Source: Vulcanimicrobiota bacterium (GTDB lineage: Bacteria > Vulcanimicrobiota > Vulcanimicrobiia > Vulcanimicrobiales > Vulcanimicrobiaceae). From it: 64,000 nucleotides of DNA. Both the position numbers and the translations under genes were made by a program. The stretch is from the NCBI GenBank assembly GCA_963786105.1, contig CAWAXX010000001.1, forward strand, positions 1 through 64,000, in the 5' to 3' direction. The notes under the pieces were generated by a model. That model did not search any database. It worked only from the letters and a program-made list of their open reading frames with translations, and was not told where the DNA came from. Positions 48,947 through 58,063 of this stretch are shown here, one piece after another. The stretch's first letter is position 1. Every line of letters begins with the position of its first letter.

Positions 48947-50251
48947 ATGACAGCCCGCTCGAAGCGTGCCGCGTCACCGCGTGCGCTGCCGGCGCGGATT
49001 GCCGGTTTTTTCAAAATTCTCGGACCGGGCCTCATCACCGGCGCGGCCGACGACGATCCCTCGGGTATTTCTACGTATTCCGTTGCCGGCGCGTCGACGG
49101 GCTTCTCGATGCTATGGCTTACCTTGATTTCGACGCCGATGATGGCGGTGATCCAAGGCATGTGCGCGCGCATCTCAATGGTGACGGGCGAGGGTCTAGC
49201 CGCGGTGATGCGCAAGCGACTACCGATCTCAGTCGCGTACGCGCTCGCCGGACTAATCATCGTAGCCAACACCTTTAACGTCGGCGCCGATCTTGGGGGA
49301 ATGGCCGCCGCCACCGCGATGGTCGTGCCGGTGCCGGCGGAAGCCTGCGTGTTTCTTTTTGGCATCGGCCTGATGGCGGCGCAGATGTGGCTTTCCTACG
49401 GGACGATCGCACGTATCTTCAAGTGGCTGACGTTGACGCTCTTCGCGTACGTCGTCACCGCCTTTGTCGTAAGGCCTCCGTGGCCGATCGTGCTGTCGCA
49501 CCTCGTCGTCCCGCATATCGCCTTCGATTCGAGATGGCTTTCGACGATGGTCGGGGTACTGGGAACGACGATCACACCATATCTGTTTTTTTGGCAGTCG
49601 TCCCTTATGGTCGAGGAAGAAAAAGAGCAAGGCAACACGACTCGAGCCTCGCGCCGCGGCACCGACCAGGGCGCCGTTCGCGACATGCACGCCGACGTCA
49701 ACGCCGGAATGATCTTTTCGAACCTCGTGGCGTTCTTTATCATCGTGACGACCGCGGCAACGTTGGGCGCGCACGGCAAGCACGACATTGCGACGGCGCA
49801 GCAGGCCGCCGAAGCGTTACGCCCGCTCGCCGGTCCGTTCGCCGCACTGCTGTTCACCCTCGGCATGGTGGGCACTGGGATTCTTGCCGTACCGGTGCTT
49901 GCCGGTTCGTCGGCATACGTCGTCGCACAGACGTTTAAGTTTCGCGAAGGCTTGAACGAGAAGCCGCACCGTGCTCCTCAGTTTTACGGGGTTATCGCTG
50001 CCGGTCTCGTCATCGGCATTGCGATGAACCTGTTTCGCGTAGACCCGATTAGAGCGCTGTTTTGGTCGGCGGTCCTCAACGGCGTCGCGGCCGTACCACT
50101 CATCGTCGTGATCGTCCTTTTTGCGTCGAACTCATCGATTATGGGTCAATGGCGTAGCTCGAGTGTGGCACGAATCTGGGGATGGGGTACCGCCGCTCTT
50201 ATGGCTGCGGCCACAATCGGGATGTTCTATTTTACGCTTAAGGGCTCTTGA
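48947..50251 (+). CDS. NRAMP-family divalent metal transporter
   Basis: LGPGLITGAADDDPSGI, GTTITPYLFFWQ. Confidence 0.93.
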   Translation: MTARSKRAASPRALPARIAGFFKILGPGLITGAADDDPSGISTYSVAGASTGFSMLWLTLISTPMMAVIQGMCARISMVTGEGLAAVMRKRLPISVAYALAGLIIVANTFNVGADLGGMAAATAMVVPVPAEACVFLFGIGLMAAQMWLSYGTIARIFKWLTLTLFAYVVTAFVVRPPWPIVLSHLVVPHIAFDSRWLSTMVGVLGTTITPYLFFWQSSLMVEEEKEQGNTTRASRRGTDQGAVRDMHADVNAGMIFSNLVAFFIIVTTAATLGAHGKHDIATAQQAAEALRPLAGPFAALLFTLGMVGTGILAVPVLAGSSAYVVAQTFKFREGLNEKPHRAPQFYGVIAAGLVIGIAMNLFRVDPIRALFWSAVLNGVAAVPLIVVIVLFASNSSIMGQWRSSSVARIWGWGTAALMAAATIGMFYFTLKGS

Positions 50252-50332
50252 GCGCTCTCCCACGATTCGGAACGCGCGATTGCGGGTAGTATGGGGGAAA
50301 CTGTTCGCTTGAAAGAGTTGGGGGAAACGTTG

Positions 50333-50494
50333 ATGGGCGGTATTTTATGGGCGATTATCGTGGTGCTGTTCGTTCTTTGGCTGCTGGGGTTTCTGGCGTT
50401 CCACATCGGCGGCGGCCTGATTCACGTCTTGCTCGTGATCGCTCTCGTGTTGTTGATCGTCAATCTGCTAACCGGCAGAGGCGCACGAATTTAA
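50333..50494 (+). CDS. lmo0937/DUF5670-family small membrane protein
   Basis: LW.IIVVL.VLWLLG..GGGLIH.LLV pattern. Confidence 0.9.
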   Translation: MGGILWAIIVVLFVLWLLGFLAFHIGGGLIHVLLVIALVLLIVNLLTGRGARI

Positions 50495-50577
50495 CACAAG
50501 TTTCATTTAACCGTTAAAAGCGCGAGCTTTGAGGCGACTATGTCAGTGACCTGACAGACCGGCTTGCGTGCGACGCT

Positions 50578-51288
50578 CTATAGTAAGACGCCGGATGGAG
50601 AGGATGGCGCGTAGAGTTGTTGATACGCCTTGGAAATCGCTTTGTAGCATTCGCACGAGATTGTTTCGAGGCCGTCGCGATCGAGGATCCGTACATCGCC
50701 GCGCCGGTATTGGATGAGTCCGGCCTTCTGCAGCGTAGCGGCGGCGTCGGAAACGGTTGGTCTGCGCGAACCGACCATTTCGGCCAAGAGCTCTTGAATG
50801 AGCTGGAAGTCGTCGCTGCCCGCCCGCTCGGCGGTGGTCAGCAACCAGCGAGCACAACGTTGAACGACGTTGTGCAGCCGGTTGCAGGCAGCGGATTGCG
50901 AGATGACGTTGATCAGGACGTTAGCGTAGCGCAGCAGAAAGCTGAAGACCTCGGGATGCGCGTGGACGACGTGCAAGAAAAGGTCAGCCGGGACGAGATA
51001 CGCTTCTCCCGGTACTTGAATGAAGGAGCGCAGCGCGCCGGTATCTCCGCCCAGAATCGCCGAGATTCCGACGATCCCCTCGTTTCCGATCGTCACCGCT
51101 TCGATCACATCGCCGTCGCTCATGCAGGCGACGGTCGACGCGACCGCGGTCAAGGGGAAACAGAAAGTCGAAACTGGCTCGCCGGGCTCGACGAGCGCGA
51201 AGTGCGTTTCGAGCTGCCGGACTTCAAAGGCGCTTTGCAGCGATTCCAGCGCGCGGGGATCGAGCGTATTCAGAACGCGGTTTCCCAT
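50578..51288 (-). CDS. Crp/Fnr family transcriptional regulator
   Basis: GNRVL, IGNEG.VG, SAACNRLH..QRCARWLL, QELLAEMVGSRRPTVS HTH. Confidence 0.92.
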   Translation of the reverse strand: MGNRVLNTLDPRALESLQSAFEVRQLETHFALVEPGEPVSTFCFPLTAVASTVACMSDGDVIEAVTIGNEGIVGISAILGGDTGALRSFIQVPGEAYLVPADLFLHVVHAHPEVFSFLLRYANVLINVISQSAACNRLHNVVQRCARWLLTTAERAGSDDFQLIQELLAEMVGSRRPTVSDAAATLQKAGLIQYRRGDVRILDRDGLETISCECYKAISKAYQQLYAPSSPSGVLL

Positions 51289-51364
51289 AGGTATGCACTT
51301 CTCGCAGCGCACGGGCAAACCTCGAATCGGTTTGCACCGGCGCGCTCCAATCTACGAGGCCGGC

Positions 51365-51679
51365 ATGGAGCCTGAGGCGCCTCTCGGCTCGTTCGATCTC
51401 GAAACGAACACGCTGGTGCTGAGCGGGGAGTGGGACTTTTCGCTGATGGACGAGTTGCATCGCCTTACGGAGGGGCTGTGCGGCGGTGAGGGGACGGTCG
51501 ATTTGAGAGATGTCACCTTTATGGACTCGTCGGTCATCAACACCATCGTTCGGACTCACAAACGGCTTGCGGCCAACGGAGGCCGGCTGCGACTGGTGAC
51601 CGGGGGTGGGCATATCGCAAAGTTGCTGAACATCACGGGATTAGGCCGGGTCATGGAGATCGACGGTAGAATGCCGTGA
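51365..51679 (+). CDS. STAS-domain anti-sigma-factor antagonist (RsbV/SpoIIAA-like)
   Basis: LSGEWD, VDLRDVTFMDSS (phosphoacceptor Ser), LLNITGL. Confidence 0.88.
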   Translation: MEPEAPLGSFDLETNTLVLSGEWDFSLMDELHRLTEGLCGGEGTVDLRDVTFMDSSVINTIVRTHKRLAANGGRLRLVTGGGHIAKLLNITGLGRVMEIDGRMP

Positions 51680-52714
51680 GGCACGTTTTTTGCCGTTACG
51701 CGCTAACAGACTCACGGCGGCACGTTCGTCCGGTCTCAGCCCGAGGTGCGTCTTGCGAGCCGGCGACGAGGCGTTGAGCCGGCCGGTTTCGAGGTAGCGT
51801 TCGAACAGCACCGGATGAATATAGCATTTGCGACAGATCGCGGGCGTGTTACGAAGGCGCTTCGCCACAACCTTGGTCGCCTGAACGATCGCGCCGTTTC
51901 GAGCGCTCGGGTCGTCCGCCGGGTTGTCGGCAAGCCACCGAGCGCAACACACCGTGGCGAGCCACGTTCTAAAGTCCTTCGCCGTAAAGTCGGAGCCGGA
52001 GATGGTGCGGATATAGTCGTTCACGTCCGACGAATCGACCGGAGCGGCATTTCCTTCATCGTCCAAGAAACTAAAAAGATGTTGACCGGGGATCTCCTGG
52101 CATCGCGCAACGATGCGAGCGAGACGCCGGTCCTGCAGATCGACCTGATGCTGGAGTCCGCTCTTCCCCTTGAACGCAAAGCGTAGCTCCGCACCGCGCA
52201 CGCGAACGTGACGGTTTCGCAGCGTCGTCAACCCATAGGAGTCGTTTGCGCGGGCGTACTCTTCATTTCCGACGCGGATCAGCGTCGTTTCCAGTAGCGT
52301 AACGACGGCGGCCAGAACTTTCTCCTTGGGCATTCCCGGCTTTGCGAGATCCCGCGATACGACTTTCCGTATTCGGGGAAGGGCGCCGGCAAACTCCAAT
52401 AACCGCTCGTATTTCGTCGCGTCGCGCACGGCACGCCACCGCTCGTGATACCGATATTGTTTTCGGCCGCGCGCATCTCGTCCGGTCGCCTGTAGATGGC
52501 CGTTGGCGTGGGGACATATCCAGACGTCTGCGTATGCGGGCGGGACGGCCAGCTTAGCGATGCGATTCAACGTACGCTGGTCGCGAACCGGAGTTCCGTC
52601 GGGCCAGGTGTAACGGAATTTCGCCCGATCCCGAGCTCGGCGGATTCCAGGAGCGTCATCGGTTACGTAGCGCAGTCCGGCCTCTCGCGCTTGTTGCGCC
52701 GCAGTCGATTGCAC
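51641..52714 (-). CDS. Bacterial DNA topoisomerase IB
   Basis: GLRYV.D, PPAY.DVWIC, GRDARGRKQYRYH, IRVGNEEY, FKGKSG, AKDFRTW, NTP..CRKCYIHP (catalytic Tyr); start uncertain. Confidence 0.93.
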   Translation of the reverse strand: MQSTAAQQAREAGLRYVTDDAPGIRRARDRAKFRYTWPDGTPVRDQRTLNRIAKLAVPPAYADVWICPHANGHLQATGRDARGRKQYRYHERWRAVRDATKYERLLEFAGALPRIRKVVSRDLAKPGMPKEKVLAAVVTLLETTLIRVGNEEYARANDSYGLTTLRNRHVRVRGAELRFAFKGKSGLQHQVDLQDRRLARIVARCQEIPGQHLFSFLDDEGNAAPVDSSDVNDYIRTISGSDFTAKDFRTWLATVCCARWLADNPADDPSARNGAIVQATKVVAKRLRNTPAICRKCYIHPVLFERYLETGRLNASSPARKTHLGLRPDERAAVSLLARNGKKRASRHSTVDLHDPA

Positions 52715-52741
52715 GGGCGGGGTCGCGGGCGGACGAGTCCC

Positions 52742-52766
52742 GTTTATCGCGGCCTTTTCGGGGTAT
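52742..52766 (+). promoter_or_regulatory. SigB/SigF-type promoter motif
   Basis: GTTT-N15-GGGTAT, 31 nt upstream of the small stress-like gene. Confidence 0.6.
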
Positions 52767-52797
52767 AGATGCGTCACGTAACTCGATGGGAAGGGCA

Positions 52798-53022
52798 ATG
52801 ATGAAAGCAACCGATGCGGTCAAGAAGGCCATAGACGACGTCAAGGACACGATGAACGAAGCGGTACATCGCAGCAACGCCGAGGGGGAAAAAGCAAAAC
52901 GAGATTTGTTGGGCGACGAAATGACGGCTGGCGATAAGGCCAAATCGGTCGCGAACCAGGCGAAGGAAACCGTTCAGGCCGAATACGATGCCGCCAAAAA
53001 GGACGTCCGTGACAACGCGTAG
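52798..53022 (+). CDS. Small hydrophilic CsbD/LEA-like putative stress protein
   Basis: 74 aa, A/K/D/E-rich amphipathic; EAVHRS.AEGE..KR..GDEMT. Confidence 0.8.
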   Translation: MMKATDAVKKAIDDVKDTMNEAVHRSNAEGEKAKRDLLGDEMTAGDKAKSVANQAKETVQAEYDAAKKDVRDNA

Positions 53023-53045
53023 CACCGGCGCATTCTGGTCCGTGT

Positions 53046-53077
53046 AAAAGACGGCTTCGCTTGCGAAGCCGTCTCTT
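53046..53077. terminator. Bidirectional intrinsic terminator
   Basis: Perfect arms AGACGGCTTCGC/GCGAAGCCGTCT (53049-53074) between convergent genes; A-run on the left. Confidence 0.75.
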
Positions 53078-53099
53078 GCTTGCATGCCGCCGGTCCGTC

Positions 53100-53339
53100 C
53101 TAGCTCGATTGCGGCTGCGGTTGCGTATTGGTGGTCGTCGTCGAATCGCTCTTTTGCTGGTTGCCGTTTGCAGGCTGCGTTACGGTCGTCGTATTGGTCG
53201 TCGAGGTGGTGTTCCAGGGGTGCCAATAAAACAGAACCACCAGGACCGCGGCAACGACGATCGCGACGATCGTTATGGCGGCGATGCTCGGACCCGCCGA
53301 GCCGTCTCTTATCACGACGTTTCGTTCATCGTTCATCAT
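53100..53339 (-). CDS. Small membrane-anchored protein with T/Q-rich tail
   Basis: GGAGAGG RBS, one TM helix, low-complexity tail. Confidence 0.8.
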   Translation of the reverse strand: MMNDERNVVIRDGSAGPSIAAITIVAIVVAAVLVVLFYWHPWNTTSTTNTTTVTQPANGNQQKSDSTTTTNTQPQPQSS

Positions 53340-53382
53340 ACGTACCTCTCCGTTCTTATCGTGCGCTTATCGTCGATGGGCG

Positions 53383-53541
53383 TTAGACGCGGGCACCTCT
53401 TCCCGTGAGGAGGTTGTAGATCACCAACACCACCACCACGAGCAAGAGTAAGTGAATGAGACCGCCGCCGAAATGCAGCACGAACCCCAGTAGCCACAGG
53501 ACAAAAACGACCACGATAATCGTCCATAACAGGTTTGCCAC
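53383..53541 (-). CDS. Second lmo0937/DUF5670-family protein (52 aa, not in the ORF track)
   Basis: GTG start with GAGGAGG RBS; MANLLWTIIVVVFVLWLLGFVLHFGGGLIHLLLLVVVVLVIYNLLTGRGARV. Confidence 0.9.
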   Translation of the reverse strand: MANLLWTIIVVVFVLWLLGFVLHFGGGLIHLLLLVVVVLVIYNLLTGRGARV

Positions 53542-53570
53542 GCTTTCTTGCCTCCTCGTTGAGTTTAAGA

Positions 53571-53596
53571 GTACCCGCTGTGCGGCGCATCGAAAC
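53571..53596 (-). promoter_or_regulatory. SigB/SigF-type promoter motif
   Basis: Minus strand GTTT-N16-GGGTAC, 29 nt upstream of GTG 53541. Confidence 0.6.
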
Positions 53597-53603
53597 GCGC
53601 GTC

Positions 53604-54092
53604 ATGCTGCGCTACTTGCTTCTGGCAACGGCGATCGTGCTCGGTGTCGTGATGGGAGTAGCGGCCTGGGTGAATCGAGACCTTATTCGCATCAAGATCG
53701 CATCGGTCTACGCATCGGTCCACCCGAAGCCCGAGGCCGGCGGCGCGGTCGGAAGCCGCGCCGAGATAGGTCTGCGCGGCGATGCACCCTGGGCGCTTTC
53801 GGCGTTTCCGGAGTGCCTGGTACAAATGTCGAAGTCGACTGGATCGCTCGCTTTCGTCATGAGCCATCTACCCCCCGGAGCGATCGCAGTCGTGGCACCG
53901 GCATCGCTGAGGTACGGCGATTGCACGATCTCGCTGGCCGGCGACGAGGCCTTCGTCGTTCGCGGAGCCGATCGGTTTCGGATTCCGCCGCGCGTTCGGT
54001 TCTACCGGGCTCCGGGTGCGCTGGCGCTCCTGCGCGTGGATTCTAACGGGAACGAGCTGCGCGTTTACGAACCGTCCAAGAACAACCGATGA
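53604..54092 (+). CDS. Hypothetical membrane-anchored protein
   Basis: N-terminal TM/signal; ATGA overlap with prfC. Confidence 0.75.
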   Translation: MLRYLLLATAIVLGVVMGVAAWVNRDLIRIKIASVYASVHPKPEAGGAVGSRAEIGLRGDAPWALSAFPECLVQMSKSTGSLAFVMSHLPPGAIAVVAPASLRYGDCTISLAGDEAFVVRGADRFRIPPRVRFYRAPGALALLRVDSNGNELRVYEPSKNNR

Positions 54093-55685
54093 GTATTGAA
54101 GAAGAAGTCCGCAAGCGCCGGACGTTTGCGATCATTTCGCATCCGGACGCCGGCAAGACCACGCTCACCGAGAAGCTGTTGCTCTACGGCGGAGCGATTC
54201 ACGTCGCCGGCCAAGTCTCGGCGCGAAAACGCCAGCGTCAGGCGACCAGCGACTGGATGGCGCTCGAGCGCGAGCGGGGAATTTCGATCACCTCGACGGT
54301 CCTGCAGTTCCCATATCGCGGTTACACGATCAATTTGCTGGATACGCCGGGTCACCAAGACTTCGGTGAGGATACGTATCGCACGCTGCTCGCCGCCGAC
54401 AGCGCCGTGATGCTGATCGACGCCGCCAAAGGCGTCGAGCCGCAAACAAAAAAGCTCTTTGCGATCTGCCGCGAGCGCAGCATACCGCTCTTTACGTTCA
54501 TGAACAAGCTCGACCGTCCGAGCCGCGATCCGCTCGAACTGCTCGACGAGCTCGAATCGGTGCTCGGCATCGGCGCCTACCCGATGAACTGGCCGCTCGG
54601 AAGCGGCGAAGGATTCCGGGGCGTGTACGATCGCCGCACGCGCGCGCTGCACCTCTTCGAGCGTTCGGCTCACGGCGCGAAACGCGCGCCGGTGACGATG
54701 AGCGACGCCCGCGACGAACGGTTGCGCGAACTCGTCGACGACTACGAGTTCGCTCGTTTTCGCGACGGCATCGACTTACTCGACGGTGCCGGCGAAACGT
54801 TCGATCGCGACGCGATGTTGCGCGGCGAGACCACTCCGGTTTTCTTTGGGAGCGCGGTGACGAACTTCGGCGTCCAGCTGTTTCTCGACAACTTCGTCGA
54901 GCTAGCGCCGCTGCCGTCGCCGCGTGCCGGCATCTCGCCCGGCGACGCGGAGTTCACCGGATTCGTCTTCAAGGTTCAGGCCAACATGGATCCACGCCAT
55001 CGCGACCGGGTGGCGTTCGTGCGGGTGTGTTCGGGAAAATTCGAACGCGACATGACCGTGCGCAACGGTCGAAGCGGTAAAGAGGTCCGTTTGTCGCGCG
55101 CCATGCGTCTGTTTGCCGACGAACGAGAATCCCTCGATGCCGCGTACGCGGGCGACGTGGTCGGCCTTGCTAATCCCGGCGTCTTTGCAATCGGGGACTC
55201 ACTCTACGACGGAGCTCCGGTGGAGTTCGCGCCGATTCCGGCCTTTGCCCCGGAACATTTCGCGAGCGTTCGGAGTATCGATACTTCGAGTTACAAATCG
55301 TTCGGCAAAGGCATCGCGCAACTGCGCGAGGAGGGGGCGGTGCAAGTGTTCTACCCGCTGGGCTCGACCCGCACCGAGCCCATCGTGGCCGTGGTCGGCG
55401 AACTGCAATTCGAAGTGGCCAAGTATCGTCTGGAGGCCGAATATAACGTGAAGACCGTCTTCTCGACCTTACCGCTGACGATAGCCCGTCACGTCGAGGG
55501 AGACGCCGGGCGCATCGCGGCCGCTGCAAATGCCCTCGAACGCCAAGCTGGTCGAGGATTGGGACGGCCGCCCGGCAGCCTTGTTCGAAAGCGAATGGAG
55601 TTTACGGCTCGCCCAAGAGTGGAATCCCGAGCTGACTTTCGTTCGATTTTCCGCCGACACGTCGAAGGAGACCGTCGCACCGTGA
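54089..55685 (+). CDS. prfC: Peptide chain release factor 3 (frameshift near 55524)
   Basis: [49 protein letters not shown]; the shifted frame gives [21 protein letters not shown] and stops at 55685. Confidence 0.95.
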
Positions 55686-56054
55686 AATGCATTCGAGTAT
55701 TCGCCGTTCTCGCCGCCGCCAGCGCTGGCCGCCTGCTCGTTCCAAAACAAGAACGAACGCGAAGCCGACAAGATCACCCACGCCGTGATGAACAACGACC
55801 TGCGCCCGGTAACCGACGACATCGCCAAAGGCGTGAATATTCCGCGCGTGAAGGTTGCGGAATGGTCGGACGAGCTAAACGCTCAGGGCAAGCTGCTCTC
55901 GATCAAGGAGGTCACCGCCGACTGCGAGGCCGGCTGGCATTGCTTCGAAGCGAAATTCGAGAAGCACGTGTACCTCGAACGTATGCGGCTCGACGAAAAC
56001 GGCAAAGTCGTGAACTGGAACTTCAAAATGGCGCCCGCCGCCGCAGGTTCGTAA
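55682..56054 (+). CDS. Hypothetical lipoprotein (frameshift near 55720)
   Basis: GTG overlaps the prfC stop; removing one C gives [25 protein letters not shown] (lipobox), continuing into ORF 55785-56054. Confidence 0.75.
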
Positions 56055-56069
56055 ACGTCGAATCCGGCG

Positions 56070-57036
56070 ATGGTCGGCTACGCCGACGTTCGCGCTGCCG
56101 CGCGCCGCTTAGCCGGCGTCGCCCACCGCACGCCGGTGGTGCGGTCGCGCACGCTCGACGCAGCCTGTGGCGCCGAGGTATTCGTCAAGTGCGAGAACTT
56201 GCAACGCATGGGCGCGTTCAAGTTTCGCGGCGCCTACAATATGCTGGCGTCGTTGTCGCCCGCCGAGCGCGAGGCCGGCGTGGTCGCCTTTTCGAGCGGA
56301 AATCACGCGCAAGGGTGTGGCGTTGGCGGCGCGGATGCTCGGGATCTCGGCGACGATCGTCATGCCCTCGGACGCGCCGGACGTCAAGCTTGACGCCACG
56401 CGCGAGTACGGCGCCCAGGTCGTTCTGTACGAACGCGAGCGCTCGAATCGGGAAGAAATCGCCCGCGGAATAGCCGCCGAGCGGGGAGCGACGATCGTGC
56501 CGCCCTTCGACGACCCGCGAATCGTTGCCGGCGCCGGAACGGCGGCTCTCGAGCTGTTGGAAGAGGCGGGCCGGCTCGACGCGGTGGTCGTTCCGGTGGG
56601 TGGCGGCGGACTGATCTGCGGCACGGCGCTCGCCGCGCACGGCATCGACGACACCATCGCCATCCATGGGGTGGAACCTGAAGCGGGCGACGATTTCGCG
56701 CAGTCGCTGATACGCGGCGATCGCGTCACCATCGGCGTCCCCCGAACCATCGCCGACGGATTGCAAACGATCTCACCCGGCGTCGTGACGTTCGCCATCG
56801 CCAAGAAGCACGTTCGCAGCGTCGTCACCGTTACCGACGACGAGCTCCGCGACGCGATGCGTTTCGCCTTCGAGCGGTTAAAAATGGTCGTCGAACCGAG
56901 CGGGGCGGCGGCCATTGCGGCGTTACTGCAGCGGCGTATCCCCGAGCTGGCCGGACTCCGGGTCGGAGCGATCGTGAGCGGCGGCAACATCGACGCCGCG
57001 CGCTACGCGCAACTGCTTCAGTGCCCCATCGAATAG
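56070..57036 (+). CDS. PLP-dependent threonine/serine dehydratase family enzyme (frameshift near 56314)
   Basis: [28 protein letters not shown] joined to VALAA by removing one [21 protein letters not shown]. Confidence 0.92.
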
Positions 57037-57587
57037 AATTCGGCGTTCGGCCGCATATCCATCAGGCCCGCCATGCGGTTTGAAAAGCCAAAAAATGCGG
57101 CGATGGCGGCGACGTCCCAAATATCGTCGTCGGAAAATCCGGCATCGCGCATGGTTTGGATCTCGCCGTCGGTGGCTGCGAAACCGGGTTCGTTGACGCG
57201 CGACGCGAACTCGAGTATCGCGCGCAAGCGCGCGGAGAGGTCCGCAGTGCGCCAGTTGTTGGCGATCTGTTCGGCAAGCATCGGATCCTTGCCGAGAATG
57301 CGCAGCGCCGCGCCGTGGGCGGTCATGCAGTACTGGCAGCGATTTTCGGCCGACACCGCCACCACGATTGCCTCCCGCTCGGCGCGGCTCAAGCCGCCGG
57401 GACCTTTCATCAGCACGTCGTGATAGGCCATGAACGCGCGAAAGTGTTCCGGCCGCCGCGCATACGCGCGAAAGACGTTCGGAACGAACCCGATCTTCGC
57501 GCGATTGACCTCGTAGACGTCGCGAATGTCGGCCGGCAGCTCGGCTTCGGCGGGCTCGCCGAAGCGCGAAGCTGACGTACGCGTCAC
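57018..57587 (-). CDS. AhpD-like peroxidase-related enzyme
   Basis: GFVPNVF, ERE.I.VAVS..NRCQYC..AHG, FSNRMA..PN.EFY. Confidence 0.92.
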   Translation of the reverse strand: MTRTSASRFGEPAEAELPADIRDVYEVNRAKIGFVPNVFRAYARRPEHFRAFMAYHDVLMKGPGGLSRAEREAIVVAVSAENRCQYCMTAHGAALRILGKDPMLAEQIANNWRTADLSARLRAILEFASRVNEPGFAATDGEIQTMRDAGFSDDDIWDVAAIAAFFGFSNRMAGLMDMRPNAEFYSMGH

Positions 57588-57591
57588 GGCG

Positions 57592-58005
57592 TTAGGAGGC
57601 CGTGATATTGCCGCACGAGACGTAGGTCGCTAAGTCCGACGTGCTCTTGTGGACGTTGATCGCAAACGGCGAAGCCAATAGTTGGTCGATGGTGACGCCT
57701 TTGACGAGCGTCGTCGACGTGCCGTTGGCGAGGCTCGTGAGCGGATACTGCGGGGCCGGATTGAGGCTGGTGCAGGTGCCGGGGTGAATGTGCGCCGGCT
57801 GCGCGTTCGCGGGAGCGTTCTTGACGGTAACGACGACTTGCACGCCGTCGGGTGTCTGCGTCAGCGTCGCGGAACCGTCCTCGCCCGAACCGTTCTGGGC
57901 GCTCATGGTAACGGCGAGCGGGCCGGTGGCCGCCGTGACGGGGGCGGCGGTAAAGGCGAGAACGGCGAGTGCCAAAGCGGCGATGGCATAACGGGTAGCG
58001 TTCAT
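57592..58005 (-). CDS. Secreted His-motif protein (CHRD/Cu-Zn-SOD-like fold)
   Basis: Signal peptide; QPAHIHPGTC, AINVHKS, CGNI. Confidence 0.75.
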   Translation of the reverse strand: MNATRYAIAALALAVLAFTAAPVTAATGPLAVTMSAQNGSGEDGSATLTQTPDGVQVVVTVKNAPANAQPAHIHPGTCTSLNPAPQYPLTSLANGTSTTLVKGVTIDQLLASPFAINVHKSTSDLATYVSCGNITAS

Positions 58006-58063
58006 ATCGGTGCTGTTCCTTTCTCGAGAGACGCGTACTTTAATGAAGAGATCCTACCTTATT

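Noticed and set aside
51641..52714. TopIB as the missing integrase of the left-hand island
   Set aside because: Its motifs are those of bacterial topoisomerase IB, and it lies 45 kb from the att scars.
54089..56473. 794-aa ORF suggesting RF3 with a long C-terminal extension
   Set aside because: Artefact of the frameshift near 55524; the true RF3 C-terminus, a lipoprotein and a dehydratase are in other frames.
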